Under the pieces are notes generated by a model. It ran no database searches. It had not been told where the DNA came from and saw nothing but the letters and a program-made list of their open reading frames with translations. The position numbers and the translations under genes are program-made. From the human T2T-CHM13v2.0 reference genome, Homo sapiens: a stretch of 64,000 nucleotides of DNA. The stretch is from the NCBI RefSeq assembly GCF_009914755.1, contig NC_060925.1. One strand, given 5' to 3'. How positions within the stretch are numbered: position 1 is the first letter of the stretch; each line of letters begins with the position of its first letter. Positions 1-15,714 of this stretch are shown piece after piece.

Positions 1-772
1 TATTAAGAATCTATTGTGTCCAAAATTTTATAAAATGCTGTTCAGAGTATGGAACAAAAGAAACTTATAAAGTAGGGCAGGTATTTTGTGTATCTGCTTT
101 TAATATAGAATACAGTGCTTTAAAAAAAGAGGAAGAATGATAAGAAGGGAAATGATAAGAATGATTGAAGGGAAATTATAATTTATTGTTATTTCCTTAA
201 CAGTTGGCCTAGAGAAGGTAATCCATAAACATTTCTTAAGAAAATAAAAGAATGAATGAATAAGTGAGGCTTCCAAGAAGATAAGAAGTATAAAAATAAA
301 ATAGGTTTTAAAAAGAGCTTTTACCTTGAAAGCAGCATTCAAAATCTGAAACAGTCATGAATGACAATCTTTATTTTGTTCTTTATTCTTATCAGTACAT
401 TCCCTGAAGAAGTGCTGGGTTTTTTTTGGAATAGTTCTTCAAGAAAATGAAACACCTGTAATAATTTGGTGCTAAGATTTTGTCTGATTTAAGGCATAAC
501 ACTTTAATTCTGGATCTTGAAATTCCTCCTAATGAAAATGTTGCACTAAAAGACTTATGTTGAGAATTCACAGTGACTGCAGCAATAATGTCAGAAATGA
601 ACATCTTATGAGACCTATCACATGGAAGTTACTGAAGGAGTCACCTTATTGTGGTGGGTTAGACTTCAGGAGGATATGAACTTGTCCTGAGACCATTTGA
701 TGACATTTTCAGTCTCTGGCAATAGTCTCTGGGATTTTGTATAAACTGTCAATGTCATAATATACAGATTTT

Positions 773-879
773 AAAAATATGGAATGCTTCACGAATTGGC
801 ATGTCATCCTTGTGCAGAAGCCATGATACTCTTCTCTATATGGTTCCATTTTTAGTATATGAGCTGTCAAAGCAAGCAT
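773..879 (-). pseudogene. RNU6-970P: U6 snRNA retropseudogene, full length
   Basis: Reverse complement aligns end to end with U6 (GTGCTCGCTTCGGCAGCAC...CCATATTTTT), with CpG decay. Flanked by a 16-bp direct repeat with 1 mismatch (748-763, 880-895). Symbol is tentative, from recalled locus context. Confidence 0.95.
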
Positions 880-1228
880 GACAATGTCATAATATTAAAA
901 TAGTATTTCACAATAGGGTTTCCCTACTCTCTTAATTTTGTGTATAAGAATATGCCATGTTCTCCACAGAAGAGGAAAATCAGGTAGAAACATAACGCAG
1001 CAAGAGATGACCGGGTGGCACTACAAGAGCACTGTTTACTGGGTGATTTCTAGTGCTTTCTTCCTTCTGATGACTAACCCTAAGCACTCCCCAATTTTCT
1101 TGAGCACAAGAATAACCATCCAAGTCCAGGAAACATTTGATTCTCTCAGATGACAGTAAAGGTTCTTAGAGAACCCAGATGTTTCCTTGCTGATCACCCC
1201 CAGTAAAATCCAGTTAGAACCAACAAGT

Positions 1229-1353
1229 TCAGAAAATGTCATAAGGATTCCAAACTTCTTGTGGAGCATATTCTTCATCTTTTCCTGAGTTTTTTTCCTG
1301 CTTTTCAATGTTTCTTTGTTGCATTATAGTGGTTAGGAGCTCTACAAGAACCA
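1229..1353 (-). other. Candidate terminal coding exon (VLVELLTTIMQQRNIEKQEKNSGKDEEYAPQEVWNPYDIF*), unidentified
   Basis: Minus-strand acceptor CCTATCTGTTTTCAG, then a phase-1 open frame to TGA. Minus-strand AATAAA at 370-375 and 382-387. No homolog recognised. Confidence 0.25.
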
Positions 1354-1377
1354 CTGAAAACAGATAGGCTCTCTTTG

Positions 1378-1522
1378 TTTAGTTCTGCTACTTTTTAGCT
1401 GTATGACCTTGGGCCAGCTATTTAAAATCTCTATGCCTCAGTTTCATCTTCAGCAACAAGAGATTAAATGGGGTTATGTGTTATAAAGTGCTCAGCATGA
1501 TGCTTAGCACAGAGTAGGCACT
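1378..1522 (+). mobile_element. MIR SINE fragment
   Basis: MIR core: gctgtatgaccttgggc...ctcagtttcatc...aaagtgctcagca. Confidence 0.8.
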
Positions 1523-1542
1523 GGACTCAAGTAGAAGTCTGA

Positions 1543-1911
<369 letters not shown>

Positions 1912-3285
1912 TGAACAAATCAATGGAGAGCCAGCATCTTCAACAAACCTTCTCAAAAAGCTTTAGGTAAAAATTAATTTTTGAGTTATAGGGAAATGAG
2001 CTTTTCCACACAAATTAATTTTCTTAGTAAACAAAACTAGTCCCTTTAAGGCACCAACTCTTGTAAAACTGTTGACCGTTGTTACATTAATAGAGATCTT
2101 TTTGAACTATGACACCCATGTCTCTGTTTTATGAAACTCTGTAATGAATATAATCTAACTATTTATTGATGCTGTAGGATTATACAATACAGAATCACAT
2201 ATCTGACATCTCAGAGTGGGCCAAGTATGGCCTGCTAATACCAGAGAGGAGAAGAGAACCAGCATTGAACACATCCGCTGGGATGGACTGGAACTTGGTG
2301 ATGCTGATAGGGCCAACAGGCGTTCAAAATAGTTCCAGTTATCAGGTTATAGTTCGTGAAAGCAGTTGTCAGTGTTGGATTAGGCAGCAGCTGGATAGAG
2401 TCAAGCTGACACAGAATCAAGTACTTCAGAAGGAGAGACTCTGAAATTCAGGCCAGCAGGTTGGAGGTGGTAACTGGGAAGTCCGTTCAAAGACTGTCAG
2501 GGTCTATAGCCACCACCTGTATGAAGGCAAAATTTAATTTCCAGTTGCCTGCACAGCACAGTTATCTCTAGTTATAAGAATAAGGACTCACAGAAAGAGC
2601 TCAAAGTCACAGAGTATGTGGCTGGAGTTGGTTAAAAATCTTTCTTAGGCGGGGAAAGGTTGGGTAACTTGCCTAAGGTCATACTGTGAAGGTGCACGCC
2701 CAGAATTCTATCACAGGCGAACTCCCTATCTGTCTCTGCTACTTCGCTCTATTCATTTTAAAATAAAACAAACATTTTACTATTTTGGCAAATGTAGAAA
2801 TGACTGGATTTGTTTTTCTGATTCTAAGGAAAATTCCAACTATACAACTCTAGAGTCACATAATTCATTTTTGAAGGGACAAGAGTGAGTTACATATTTA
2901 TCTATAAGAAAAATATGTTGTTGTTATAGAACTGATTACTATAGGGGTACCTTAAGAATTATCTGTCTTAAATTCCTACAACCTAAAATTAAACCTTTCA
3001 AAAGGAGCCAGTGAATCGCTATGAAAATAGCACAGTTCAATTAGATTTAAATTAAACACTGGTTTCAAATTTGGGATACTAAAAATAAATTATTATAACT
3101 GTGAATTCTAAATTATTCTACCTATTAAAAAACCTAAATTAATATATTTAAAATTTGATAATGAGCTAAAAACATTTAGTTCAAAGGAACTACATTTTCA
3201 TGATATGAAAAACAGAACTTTTGTTCTTCCTCATCCTCAGACTCTCAAAAAAAAAACACAGAATATTATTAAGAAACAATGATCA

Positions 3286-3587
3286 GGCTGGGCGTGGTGG
3301 CTCATGCCTGTAAACCCAGCACTTTGGGAGGCCAAGGTGGGTGGATGGTGAGGTCAGGAGTTCAAGACCAGTCTGGCCAAGATAGTGAAACCCCGTCTCT
3401 ACTAAAAATACAAAAAAAATTAGCCAGGCACAGTGGCAGCCGCCTGTAATCCCAGCTACTCGGGAGGCTAAGGCAGGAGAATCGCTCGAACCCCAGATGG
3501 CAGAGGTTGCAGTGAGCCAAGATCACACCACTGCATTCCAGCCTGGGTGACAGAGTGAGACACTGTCTCAAAAAAAAAAAAAAAAAG
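3286..3587 (+). mobile_element. Alu (AluS)
   Basis: Full Alu with poly(A); TSD caatgatc. Confidence 0.95.
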
Positions 3588-4956
3588 CAATGATCTCTCA
3601 GGTTCTTACTTTAAATTATTCTTAGATGATTACTATTTTGTTACTTAAATTACCAACAATAAAAGGATTTCTATTTGAATTCAGGTATTTTTCACCTTAT
3701 ATTCTCCATTATTGCCTTCCTGAGATTCAGTTCTAAAGAAGACTAAACTTGCCTCCACTCTAATCCTGCATTTCCTCTTTCCAAAAAGGCATTTCCTCTT
3801 GATTACTCCACTTCAAGCTCTAAATATATGTCAGTTCTGGGACTGTGAATGATGATGGTGCTTTGCAAAAACAGGTTAAAAAATATCAAATAGGTGAAGG
3901 AAGCTGCAAGTAGGGTCTTGGCCAGGCAATGGGCCAGCAAGATGGAAAAACAGGAGTTGAGTAAGACCCAAGAACCAAAGGGCAGGACAAATTAGTGACC
4001 TAGAAGCCAAAGGCAGGCAGAATTTAGAGTATGCCAGAAACTAGGCATGCAGATAGCAACAAAAGAGACCAGAAATCCCAAAGGAGAATGCTTTAGGAGA
4101 CTAGGCATGCCACAAGCCAGGCAGGGTTAGGGACCCTGTGAGTAAAAGGGGTGGTCAGGAGGTAAGAGCACAGTCTCAGCAAGAGGTAGGGGCAGCAGAA
4201 GTCAAGCACCCGTGCAAAGAAGCCTCCAAGGAGACCTTGATTCTCAGGCTAAACAGTGTCCTGCCTGGGACTGTCAGAAGAAGTAGAAAAAGACACCTAG
4301 TTGCCCAGGGAATATGAATTTGGACCGACCAGAGCAGGTCTTTCCTTTTCCTACGGTTAACAAATGATTTGGCTCCATGACCAGATAGCTGGCGAATTTT
4401 CTTCACTTTTGGATGCTTTTATCCTGACACTCTCTGCTGCTCTCTTCCTAGGTAATGTAGAGTTCTTAATCGGTACCCACAGATGCTGCACTGATTCAAC
4501 TTGGCAAGAGACTTAGAGCGTCTCAGGACAAGTTGGAAACTGAAAATAGATTCTGCCCATTGACTCAGCAGGATTGGGGGGTTGCCTCTTAATAATCGCA
4601 CACCAAGTTAGAACTCGTCATGTCTAAGATGTCCTATTCCAGTGTGGTCTCATTTTGTTCCAAAGGTGGTTTTCTTTTTTAAAAACAGAAGTATTGACAG
4701 TTGGTCCCATGTTATATTTTTCCGCTTTACAGACTCTAACAAAGTTCTACAGATATGAAAGTCTGGTGACATTTCCCTTCTCTTTATAAAGTGTGGATTT
4801 CACAGAACCCACTCCCTGTCAAGGCCATCTGGGGAAGTGTAGAATCTTTTATCTCTCTAGGCAAAAGGGTTTATCTGTTTTACTTCCTTCTTTTAAGCTG
4901 AGGACCTTCTGAGGTAGTTTCTTTAATAAGTAAATTACTTTCTTCCCCTGTCTTAC

Positions 4957-5069
4957 CTGACTGTGTTGATAGCAGAAGTGAGGGCATTTTCTTAGAAGAT
5001 AAGATTTCTTTTACATTGGGTTTATGAATGAGGATTGGTGGGTCTAGTCCCCACCTCCCCACCATGGGG
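4957..5069 (-). other. Candidate internal exon, 113 nt (PMVGRWGLDPPILIHKPNVKEILSSKKMPSLLLSTQS)
   Basis: Acceptor CTCTTCATTTCAG and strong donor CAG|GTAAGA; only one frame is open. Confidence 0.3.
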
Positions 5070-5172
5070 CTGAAATGAAGAGCTGAAGGTCTCATAGGCA
5101 ATTCTGGGCCACATTCAGTCTTGTTGAGACCTCTTTGGTGTGATTTGTATGAATTTGGATCAGATTACCTGA

Positions 5173-5335
5173 ATTTGAATCCCAGTTATATGATTTTCTG
5201 GCTATATGACTTTGAATAAGTCATATACCTAATTTCTCTGGCTTTAGTTTTCTCATTTCTAAAAGAGAAAAAAATAATATATCCCAACCTCGTTGTGCAG
5301 ATTAAACAAAATAATATATCTGAAAGTGCCTTATG
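5173..5335 (+). mobile_element. MIR fragment
   Basis: ttgaatcccag...gactttgaataagtca...ttttctcatttctaaaa...gcagattaaa. Confidence 0.7.
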
Positions 5336-5455
5336 TATTTTCTGTAAGTATTCTGTGCATGTTAACAAAATCCTTAAGAAGGTAGGGCGGACAGTGCTCC
5401 CTGTAGGTTACCCATCATAGGACTATTTACACCCGAGGCTGTTCTTTCACAGTGC

Positions 5456-5475
5456 ATTATTTATTTATTTTTATT

Positions 5476-5522
<47 letters not shown>

Positions 5523-5809
5523 TTTTTGAGATGGAGTCTCGCTCTATCACCCAGGCTGGAGTGCAGTGGCAGGGTCTTGGCTCACCACAACCTCTGCCTC
5601 CCGGGTTCAAGCCATTCTCCTGCCTCTCAGCCTCCCAAGTAGCTGGGATTACAGGTGCGTGCCACCACACCTGGCTAATTTTTGCATTTTGAATAGAGAC
5701 AGGGTTTCACCATGTTGGCCAGGCTGGTCTTGAACTCCTGACCTCGTGATCCACCTGCCTCGGCCTCCCAAAGTGCTGGGATTACAGGTGTGAGCCACTG
5801 CGCCTGGCC
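5456..5809 (-). mobile_element. Alu (AluS) with (TTTA)n microsatellite tail
   Basis: Alu body 5527-5809; TTTA array about 5456-5526. Confidence 0.95.
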
Positions 5810-5970
5810 TATTTTTTTAATTAGAGAGGAAGTCTTGCTTTGTTGCCCAGGCTGGAGTGCAGTGATGTAATCATAGCTAGTGCAACCTCAAACTACTGGG
5901 CTCAAGTGATCCTTCTGCCTGGGCCTTCCAAAGTGCTAGGATTACAGGTGTGAGCCACCATGCCCAGCCC
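5810..5970 (-). mobile_element. Old Alu monomer (FRAM/AluJ-like)
   Basis: Single diverged Alu arm. Confidence 0.85.
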
Positions 5971-6008
5971 ATAATTTGGTTTTTATTTTATTTTTTAATT
6001 TTATTTTG

Positions 6009-6308
6009 GGAGACAGGTTCTGACTATGTTGACTATGAGTGCAGTGGCTATTCACAGGTGCAATCCCACTACTGATCAGCATGGGAGTTTCGACCTGCCC
6101 TGTTTCTGACCTGGGCCAGTTCACTCCTCCTTAGGCAACCTGGTGGTCCCCTACTACTGGGAGGTCACCACACTGATGCCGAACTCAGTGCTGAGACCCA
6201 GTGACCACAGTGCACTACATCCCAGAACCCCTACACGCACGCTATCCTCCTGTCCTCTGTCCCCTCCTCCCAAGTGGCTGGAACTACAGGCCTGACACTG
6301 CACCCCAC
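6009..6308 (-). pseudogene. RN7SL692P: 7SL (SRP) RNA retropseudogene, full length
   Basis: Contains the 7SL S-domain that Alu lacks (ctactgatcagcatgggag...ttaggcaacctggtggtccc...gatgccgaac) between Alu-domain ends; A-rich tail about 5975-6007. Symbol tentative. Confidence 0.93.
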
Positions 6309-6420
6309 TGATGTAGAAAACTCCCAAAAGGCCCTTTTTCTGTAGTCTTCCTCCTGAGTTAAGTGGAAATTTCCAATATGCTGTTCCCTAGAGAAAGTTT
6401 AGCTCAAATTTGTTTGTAGG

Positions 6421-6747
6421 TTTTTTTTTTTTTTTTTAGAGGGAGTCTCGCTCTGTCGCCCAGGCTGGAGTGCAGTGGCGTGATCTCCGCTAGGCTGGAG
6501 TGCAGTGGTGCGATGGGCTCACTGCAAGCTCCGCCTCCCTGAGTGCATGCCATTCTCCTGCCACAGCCTCCCGAGTAGCTGGGACTACAGGCGCCCGCCA
6601 TCATGCCCAGCTAATTTTTTTGTATTTTTAGTAGAGACAGGGTTTCACTGTGTTAGCCAGGATGATCTCGATCTCCTGAACTCGTGATCCGCCCATCTCG
6701 GCCTCCCAAAGTGCTGGGATTACAGGCATGAGCCACCGCGCCTGGCC
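6421..6747 (-). mobile_element. AluY with internal ~30-bp tandem duplication
   Basis: AluY diagnostics (gcaagctccgcc, gccattctcc, gttagccaggatg); TSD tttgtttgtag. Confidence 0.93.
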
Positions 6748-6949
6748 GTTTGTTTGTAGCTTTAATGGTAGCTCAGTAGGTCGTTCAGCATCACCGTGTG
6801 CTTAAGGAACAGAGATTTTCACCCTAGAAAACAGTCTTTGGAAGGTTGAGTTATTTATCATAGCTCATGTGGTTAGTCATTTAAAACAGTTCAGTGGTTT
6901 AGTGGCACCTGTCTTCTGCCCCACCCTCAGCTAATGCCACTGTCCCTCA

Positions 6950-7360
6950 AATGTTCTGCGTTTAGCCACAGGGCTCTTCTTTCAGTTCCTCCAGTGCCTA
7001 TAAACCCTCCTGTCACGTGGCTCATGCACATGCTGTTCCCACTTCCCAAAATGCTTCTTGCCTCTCCCCATCCTCTACCAAACTTCTAATTATCCTGCAG
7101 ATCTCAATTCAGAGAAGTCTTCCCTGACTTCCAAGAAAAGTTCTGATGCCTCTGCAGTCCAACCCACTCATCATCATTGATAATTAGATGTAACTATATT
7201 TATGTGATTATTTGATTGATGTCTGTCTTCACTTCTAGATAATAAACTCTATGAGGACACAGGCCATGTTCATTTCTGTTTATCATTTTTATCTGCAGAA
7301 CCCAGCTGGATGCCTGGTACAAAGGAAACTTATTACAGATATTTAAATAAATAAATGAAT
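6950..7360 (+). mobile_element. L2 LINE 3' end
   Basis: L2 3' motifs ending tgcctggtac...aaataaataaatgaat. Confidence 0.75.
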
Positions 7361-7487
7361 TTCCCAGTGGCCAGGGAAAAACAAAGCTATTACAATACTC
7401 ACAGTGTCTATAAGATAAAAGAGGACCAGATACTTTCAAACAGAAACCAGCTTTGCTTGTGTTATTGTGATATGTAGACAATGTTCT

Positions 7488-8543
<1,056 letters not shown>

Positions 8544-9362
8544 ATGTATTTCTTAAAACACCTCTCAGTATAGATTCAAGGCCAAATGCTAAATGTAGGT
8601 CAGCAAAGGGCCAAGTCATGGGGGAGGTGGGTATTGATATTGAGACAATGTAATCCAAGAAATCTCTCCAAGGATCTATCTCCAAACCTGACAAAATTTA
8701 GGATGACTATGGAATGAGCCCATCCTATCAGGCAATTCTCCTCAACATGATCCTTACAAGTAAACGTTTGCTAAGAATTCAACACCAGATAATTCAAGAT
8801 TATATTTTCTGAGAACTTGAAGTGTGGAAGTTCCAAGGTGTAGTAAAGCATAATTAACTGAGAATTGATGCCCTTTCTGAAAGGAAAGCACCTAACCAGT
8901 ATGCATACTTAAATAGAAAGTCACCCAACTTCCCCATGGGGGTGAACTGGAAAATGCAGGGCAAAGATTTTCCTTAGATTATATTTTTGGGTTCATTCTA
9001 ACATATACACAATGAGCATGTAACATGAATTCTCAGCTGGAAGTAAAAGAGTTTTAATTATGAAAGTAATAATCACTCGTAAATTATTCAAACACACAGA
9101 AAGCCCTCCTACTCCCATCCTCCCTATTCTTGCTCCTTCTTGGTAACCACAAGGATGGTTTCTTGTGTCTCCTTCTAGACCTTTGTCTATGTGTATCTTT
9201 AAGGAAATCCCCTGGGGGGGCCATGATATCCTAATATTGTTACTTAATGATTCTGTTTTTCCACAGAGCAGGTGAGATGAGCAGGCCATAACTATTGTCT
9301 ATTATTCTTCAGCAAGGTACAGCAAGATCCGTGTGGTCCTGCCAAGAAGATGGGGCTCATAA

Positions 9363-9705
<343 letters not shown>

Positions 9706-10147
9706 AATAAGGGAGAATTTCTGGAGCATCTGTAAATTCTCTACTTTAAGCTGCTTCAAATAGAAAGCAGCCCTGCTTTTTGTGTTTCTACAAAAGACTG
9801 GGCAGAAACCTGCCTGTCCTTCAGGGTCCCAAATGAGGTAAGAGGCCAAAGTTGGCCATCACCATGGGGGTCACAATTTATGCCCTGAAAGAATTAATGG
9901 AAGGCATCAGAACATTTCATTTTGGAGCATTTGTTCACTCAGTTTGGCGGAGGTTGAGCAGAAGTAGAGATGTCCCTCCTGTTGATTGATGCTCATTGCC
10001 TAGTGAGCAGAACCCACTGTGGGGCCCAGTCCTCTTCAGATCACTGAGCAAGCCCACCTTCAGGCAGAAGGGCAGGGGTAATGTGGTGGGTATCAAGACA
10101 TTGCCAGGTCTAACTGCAAAGCAACCCCCACCCTCACTAAAAATAGA

Positions 10148-10177
10148 CGTGTGTGTGTGTGGGTGTGTATGTGTGTA
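10148..10177. repeat. Imperfect (TG)n microsatellite
   Basis: gtgtgtgtgtgtgggtgtgtatgtgtgt. Confidence 0.85.
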
Positions 10178-10431
10178 TTTTAAATTAAACAAACCCCCCA
10201 AAACCCTCATAACACTCTCTATGTATCCTTCAATTTTCATCTTCTGACTTCTTTAAAAAATGAAAATAGAGTCCTACTCTGAGAGATGAGGAATCCCCAA
10301 TTTTGGCAGATTCTATATATATGTATTGTTTAAATAAAGGAAAATAAATGAAATTATATTCTATATTTCATTCTATAATTTGTTCTTTCCATTTTATGCT
10401 ATATTACCTATATGCTACCACCTAAATTCAT

Positions 10432-10672
10432 TCTTTTTTTTTTTTTTTGAGATGGAGTCTTGCTCTGTCAGTGCAGTGGTGCAATCTTGGCTCACTGCAA
10501 CCAACCCTCCTGGATTCAAGCAATCCTCTTGCCTCAGCCCCCTGAATAGCTCAGATTATAGGCATGCGTCAAGACACCCAGCTCATTTTTGTATTTTTAG
10601 TAGAGATGGGGTTTCACTATGTTGGCCAGGTTGGTCTTGAACTCCTGACCTCAGGTGATCAGCCACTCTTGG
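10432..10672 (-). mobile_element. Alu, truncated with deletions
   Basis: Alu homology; 5' end missing. Confidence 0.9.
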
Positions 10673-10749
10673 TCATTCTATTTTTTATAACAGTTTTATA
10701 ATAAATATAGGGCCATAGTTATAAAGGATCTTGTTATAAAATTATTATA

Positions 10750-10950
10750 AAAATGTACCATCACATGAATGCACCACAAATTACTGAAGCTTTTTTATTA
10801 ACAAATATTTTACATTGACTCCAATTTTCACTTGTTCAAATCATGTTTTAGTGAATATTCTTTTGTGTATCCCCTTAAACTCTAGAGTGCAGTTTCTTAG
10901 AAATAAAATTGTTGGTCAAAAGATACATGCATTTTAAATTGTGGTAGTTA
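10750..10950 (-). mobile_element. Old L1M (L1ME-like) fragment
   Basis: Degenerate L1 3' motifs (gtgaatattctt..., aattgttggtcaaaag). Confidence 0.5.
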
Positions 10951-11189
10951 TAGGTAGACTATCCCTTATGTGAAATACTTGGTAATAGAAGTGTTTCAGA
11001 TTTTGGATTGTTTAGTATTTGCATGTATTTATCAACTGAACATACCTAATCTGAAAATCCAAAATCTGAAGTGCTCCAATCAACATTTCCTTTGAGAATG
11101 ACCTGTAAGCTTCATGTCAATGCACAAAAACATTTCAGATTTTGGAGCATTTTAGATTTCAGATTTTTAGATTATGGAAGCTCAACCTA
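10951..11189 (+). mobile_element. Tigger4a/MER46-type non-autonomous DNA transposon
   Basis: Terminal taggtagactatccctta...gctcaaccta; internal repeated tttcagattttgg. Confidence 0.85.
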
Positions 11190-11267
11190 TATTAGAAAAT
11201 TTTTCTCTACAAACATGGTACCAATTTTTATTCTCGCAATAGTATATTACAATATATGTATCCTCCT

Positions 11268-11577
11268 TTTGTTTTTTGTTTTTGTTTTTGTTTTGAGTCG
11301 AGGCCTTACTCTATCACCCAGGCTGGAATGCAGTGGCCCTATCACAACTCACTGCAGCCTCAACCTACTGGGCTCAAGTGATCTTCCTGCCTTAGCCCTT
11401 CGGGCAACTGGGACTACAGGCATGTGTCACCACTCCTGGCTGTTTTATATTTTTTTGTAGAGATGGGGTTTCACCATGTTGCCCAGGCTAGTCTCGAACT
11501 CCCGGGCTCAAGCTATCTGCCCACCTTGGCCTCGCTAAGTGCCAGGATAACAGGCGTGAACCACCACACCCAGCCAG
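11268..11577 (-). mobile_element. AluJ
   Basis: AluJ diagnostics (cagcctcaacc, gggctcaag). Confidence 0.92.
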
Positions 11578-12703
11578 CCTCCTTTTGTTTTAATAATTAT
11601 TTTCCTAATTAGAACTCAGAGTGTGAATCTTTTTTATATGTGCACTATTTATTATTTCTTCTCATGTGATTTGCTGTGAATGTAGTGTTAATTCTTTAGT
11701 TAAATTGGCCCTGTAAGATGCTGCTCAAGGACCAAAACTAGCCCCTAAGTTTTCTCTTTTATTGACAACTGGGGACATATTAGGCACAGGCATGCTTTGT
11801 TTTATTGCACTTTGCAGATACTGTGATTTTTACAAGTTGAAGGTTTGTGGCAACTCTGTGTTGAGCAAGTCTGCCAGCACAATGCTTCTAACAGCATGTG
11901 CTCACTTTGTGTCTCTGTCACATTTTGGTAATTCAGGCAATATTTCAAGCTTTTTCATTATTATTATATCTGTTACGGTGACCAGTGATCTTTTACAGTG
12001 CTATTGTTATTGTTTTGGGACACCATGAACCGTACCCATATAAGACAGAGACCTTCATCCAAAAATGTTATGTGTGGTCTGACTGTTCCACTGACTGGCC
12101 ACTCCCCTGTCTGTCTCTCTCTCTTAGGGCCTCTCTATTCCCTGAGGCACAACAATATTGGAATTAGGTGAATTAATAACTCTAGAATGACCTATAAGTG
12201 TTCAAGTGAAAGGAAGAGTCACAGGTCTTTCACTTTAAATCAAAAGCTAGAAATGATTAAGCTTAGTGAGGAAGTAATGTCAAAGGCTGAGATAGGCTGT
12301 AAGCTCGGCCTCTTGCACAAACAGTTAGCCAAGTTGTAAACGCAAAGGAAAAGTTCTTGAAGGAAGTTAAAAGTGCTACTCCAGTGAACACATGAATGGT
12401 AAGAAAGTAGAACAGTCTTATTGCTGATATGGAGAAAACTCTAGTGATCTGGATGGAAGATTAAATCAGCTAAAGCCTAATCCAGAGCAAGGTTCTAACT
12501 CTCTTCCATTCTATGAAGGGTGAGAGAGATGAGAAAGCTCCAGAAGAAAAGTTAACAGAGGTTAGTTCATGAGGTTTGTGAGGTTTAAAGATGCCACCTC
12601 CATCATGTAAAAGCACAAGGTGGAGCCGTAACCACTGACGTAGAAGCTGAGCAAGTTATCTAGAAGATCTAGCAAAGATCTAAGACTACACTAAACAACA
12701 GAT

Positions 12704-13372
<669 letters not shown>

Positions 13373-13844
13373 CAACAACAGATTATCAGGGTAGGCAGAA
13401 CAGTCTTACATTGGGAAAGATGTCACCTAGGACTTTAATAGATAGAGAGAAGTCAATGCCTGACTTCAAATCTTCAAAAAACAGGCTGACTGTCTTGTTA
13501 GGGGCTAATGCAGCTGGTGACTTTAAGTTGAAGCCAATGCTTATCTACCAGCCTGAAAATTCTAGGGCAATTAAGAATTATGCCAAATCTACTCTATCTG
13601 TGCCCTGTAAATGGAACAACAAAACCTGGATGACAGCACATACGATTACAACCTAGTTTACTAAATATTTTAAGCCCACTGTTGAGACCTACTGCTAAGA
13701 AAAAAATATTATTTTAAAAATATTACTGCTCTTGACAATGCACCTGGTCTCCCAAGACTTCTGATGAAGATGTACAAGGAGATGAATGTTTTCATGCCTG
13801 CTTACAACATTCATTCTGCAGCCCATGGATCAAGAAGTAACTTG

Positions 13845-14130
13845 GGGCCGGGTGCAGTGGCTCACTCCTGTAATCCCAGCACTTTGGAAAGCCAAGGCAG
13901 GCAGATTACTTGAGCCCGGGAGCTCAAGACCAGCCTGGGCAACATGGCAAAAAGCTATCTCTACAAAAAATACAAAAATTAGCCAGAAGTGGTGGTGTGC
14001 ACCTGTAGTCCCAGCTGCCAGGGAGGCTGAGGATCACCTGAGCCTGGGAGGTCAAGGCTGAGCTGAGATCATACCACTGCACTCCAGCCTGAGTGACAGA
14101 GTGAGACACCGTCTCAAAAAAAAAAAAAAA
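13845..14130 (+). mobile_element. AluJ
   Basis: Full Alu; TSD aagtaa. Confidence 0.92.
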
Positions 14131-14293
14131 AGTAATTTTGATTTACTTCAAAATTTTCAGTCTTATTTAAGAAATACATTTCTTAAGGCAATAGCTGCCG
14201 TAGATGGTGATTCCTCTGACAGATTTGGACAAGTAAATAGAAAACCTTCTGGAAGGGATTCACCATTCTAGATGCCATTAGGAACATTCATAA

Positions 14294-14449
14294 GTCAGAT
14301 CCGGTGGCATGCACCTAGCTACTCAGGAGGCTAAAGCAGGAGGATTAGTTTAAGCCAGGAGTTCAAGGCTGCAGTGTGCCATGATTGTGCCTGTGAATAG
14401 CCGCCGTACTCCAGCCTGGGAAACCTAGTGAGACCCTATCTCTAAAAAA
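14294..14449 (+). mobile_element. FAM/FRAM-like Alu monomer
   Basis: Single arm with the 7SL-like gtgcctgtgaatagcc segment. Confidence 0.8.
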
Positions 14450-14542
14450 ATATGTGATTCATGGGAGGAGGTCAAAATATCAACATTAACAGGAGTTTGG
14501 AAGAAGTTGATCCAACTCCCACAAATGACTTTGAGGGGTTCA

Positions 14543-14905
<363 letters not shown>

Positions 14906-15226
14906 GTGGAGCCTGAAGATGGGACTGAATTGCTGCAATCTCATGATCAAACTTGAACCAATGAGGAGTTGCTTCTTGTGGATGAGCAAAGAAAGTAATT
15001 TCTCAAGATGGAATCTACTCCTGGTGAAGATGCTGTGAACATTGTTGAAATGACAACAAAGGATTTAGGTATTACATAAACATCATTGATAAAGCAGCAG
15101 CAGGGTTTGGGAGGATTGGCTCCAATTTTGAAAGAAGTTCTACTATGGATAAAGTGCTATCAAGCAACATCGCATGCTAGAGAAATCTTTCATGAAAGAA
15201 AGAGTCAATTCAGGTGACAAACATCA

Positions 15227-15714
<488 letters not shown>

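Noticed and set aside
100-342. Hydrophobic 80-aa ORF resembling a membrane protein
   Set aside because: Arises from purine/pyrimidine-skewed AT-rich sequence, has a non-ATG start, and has no recognised homolog.
325-345. Possible 21-nt minus-strand microexon (TTTCAG|ATTTTGAATGCTGCTTTCAAG|GTAAAA)
   Set aside because: Weak pyrimidine tract and no supporting context; similar chance patterns occur near 30510 and 42840.
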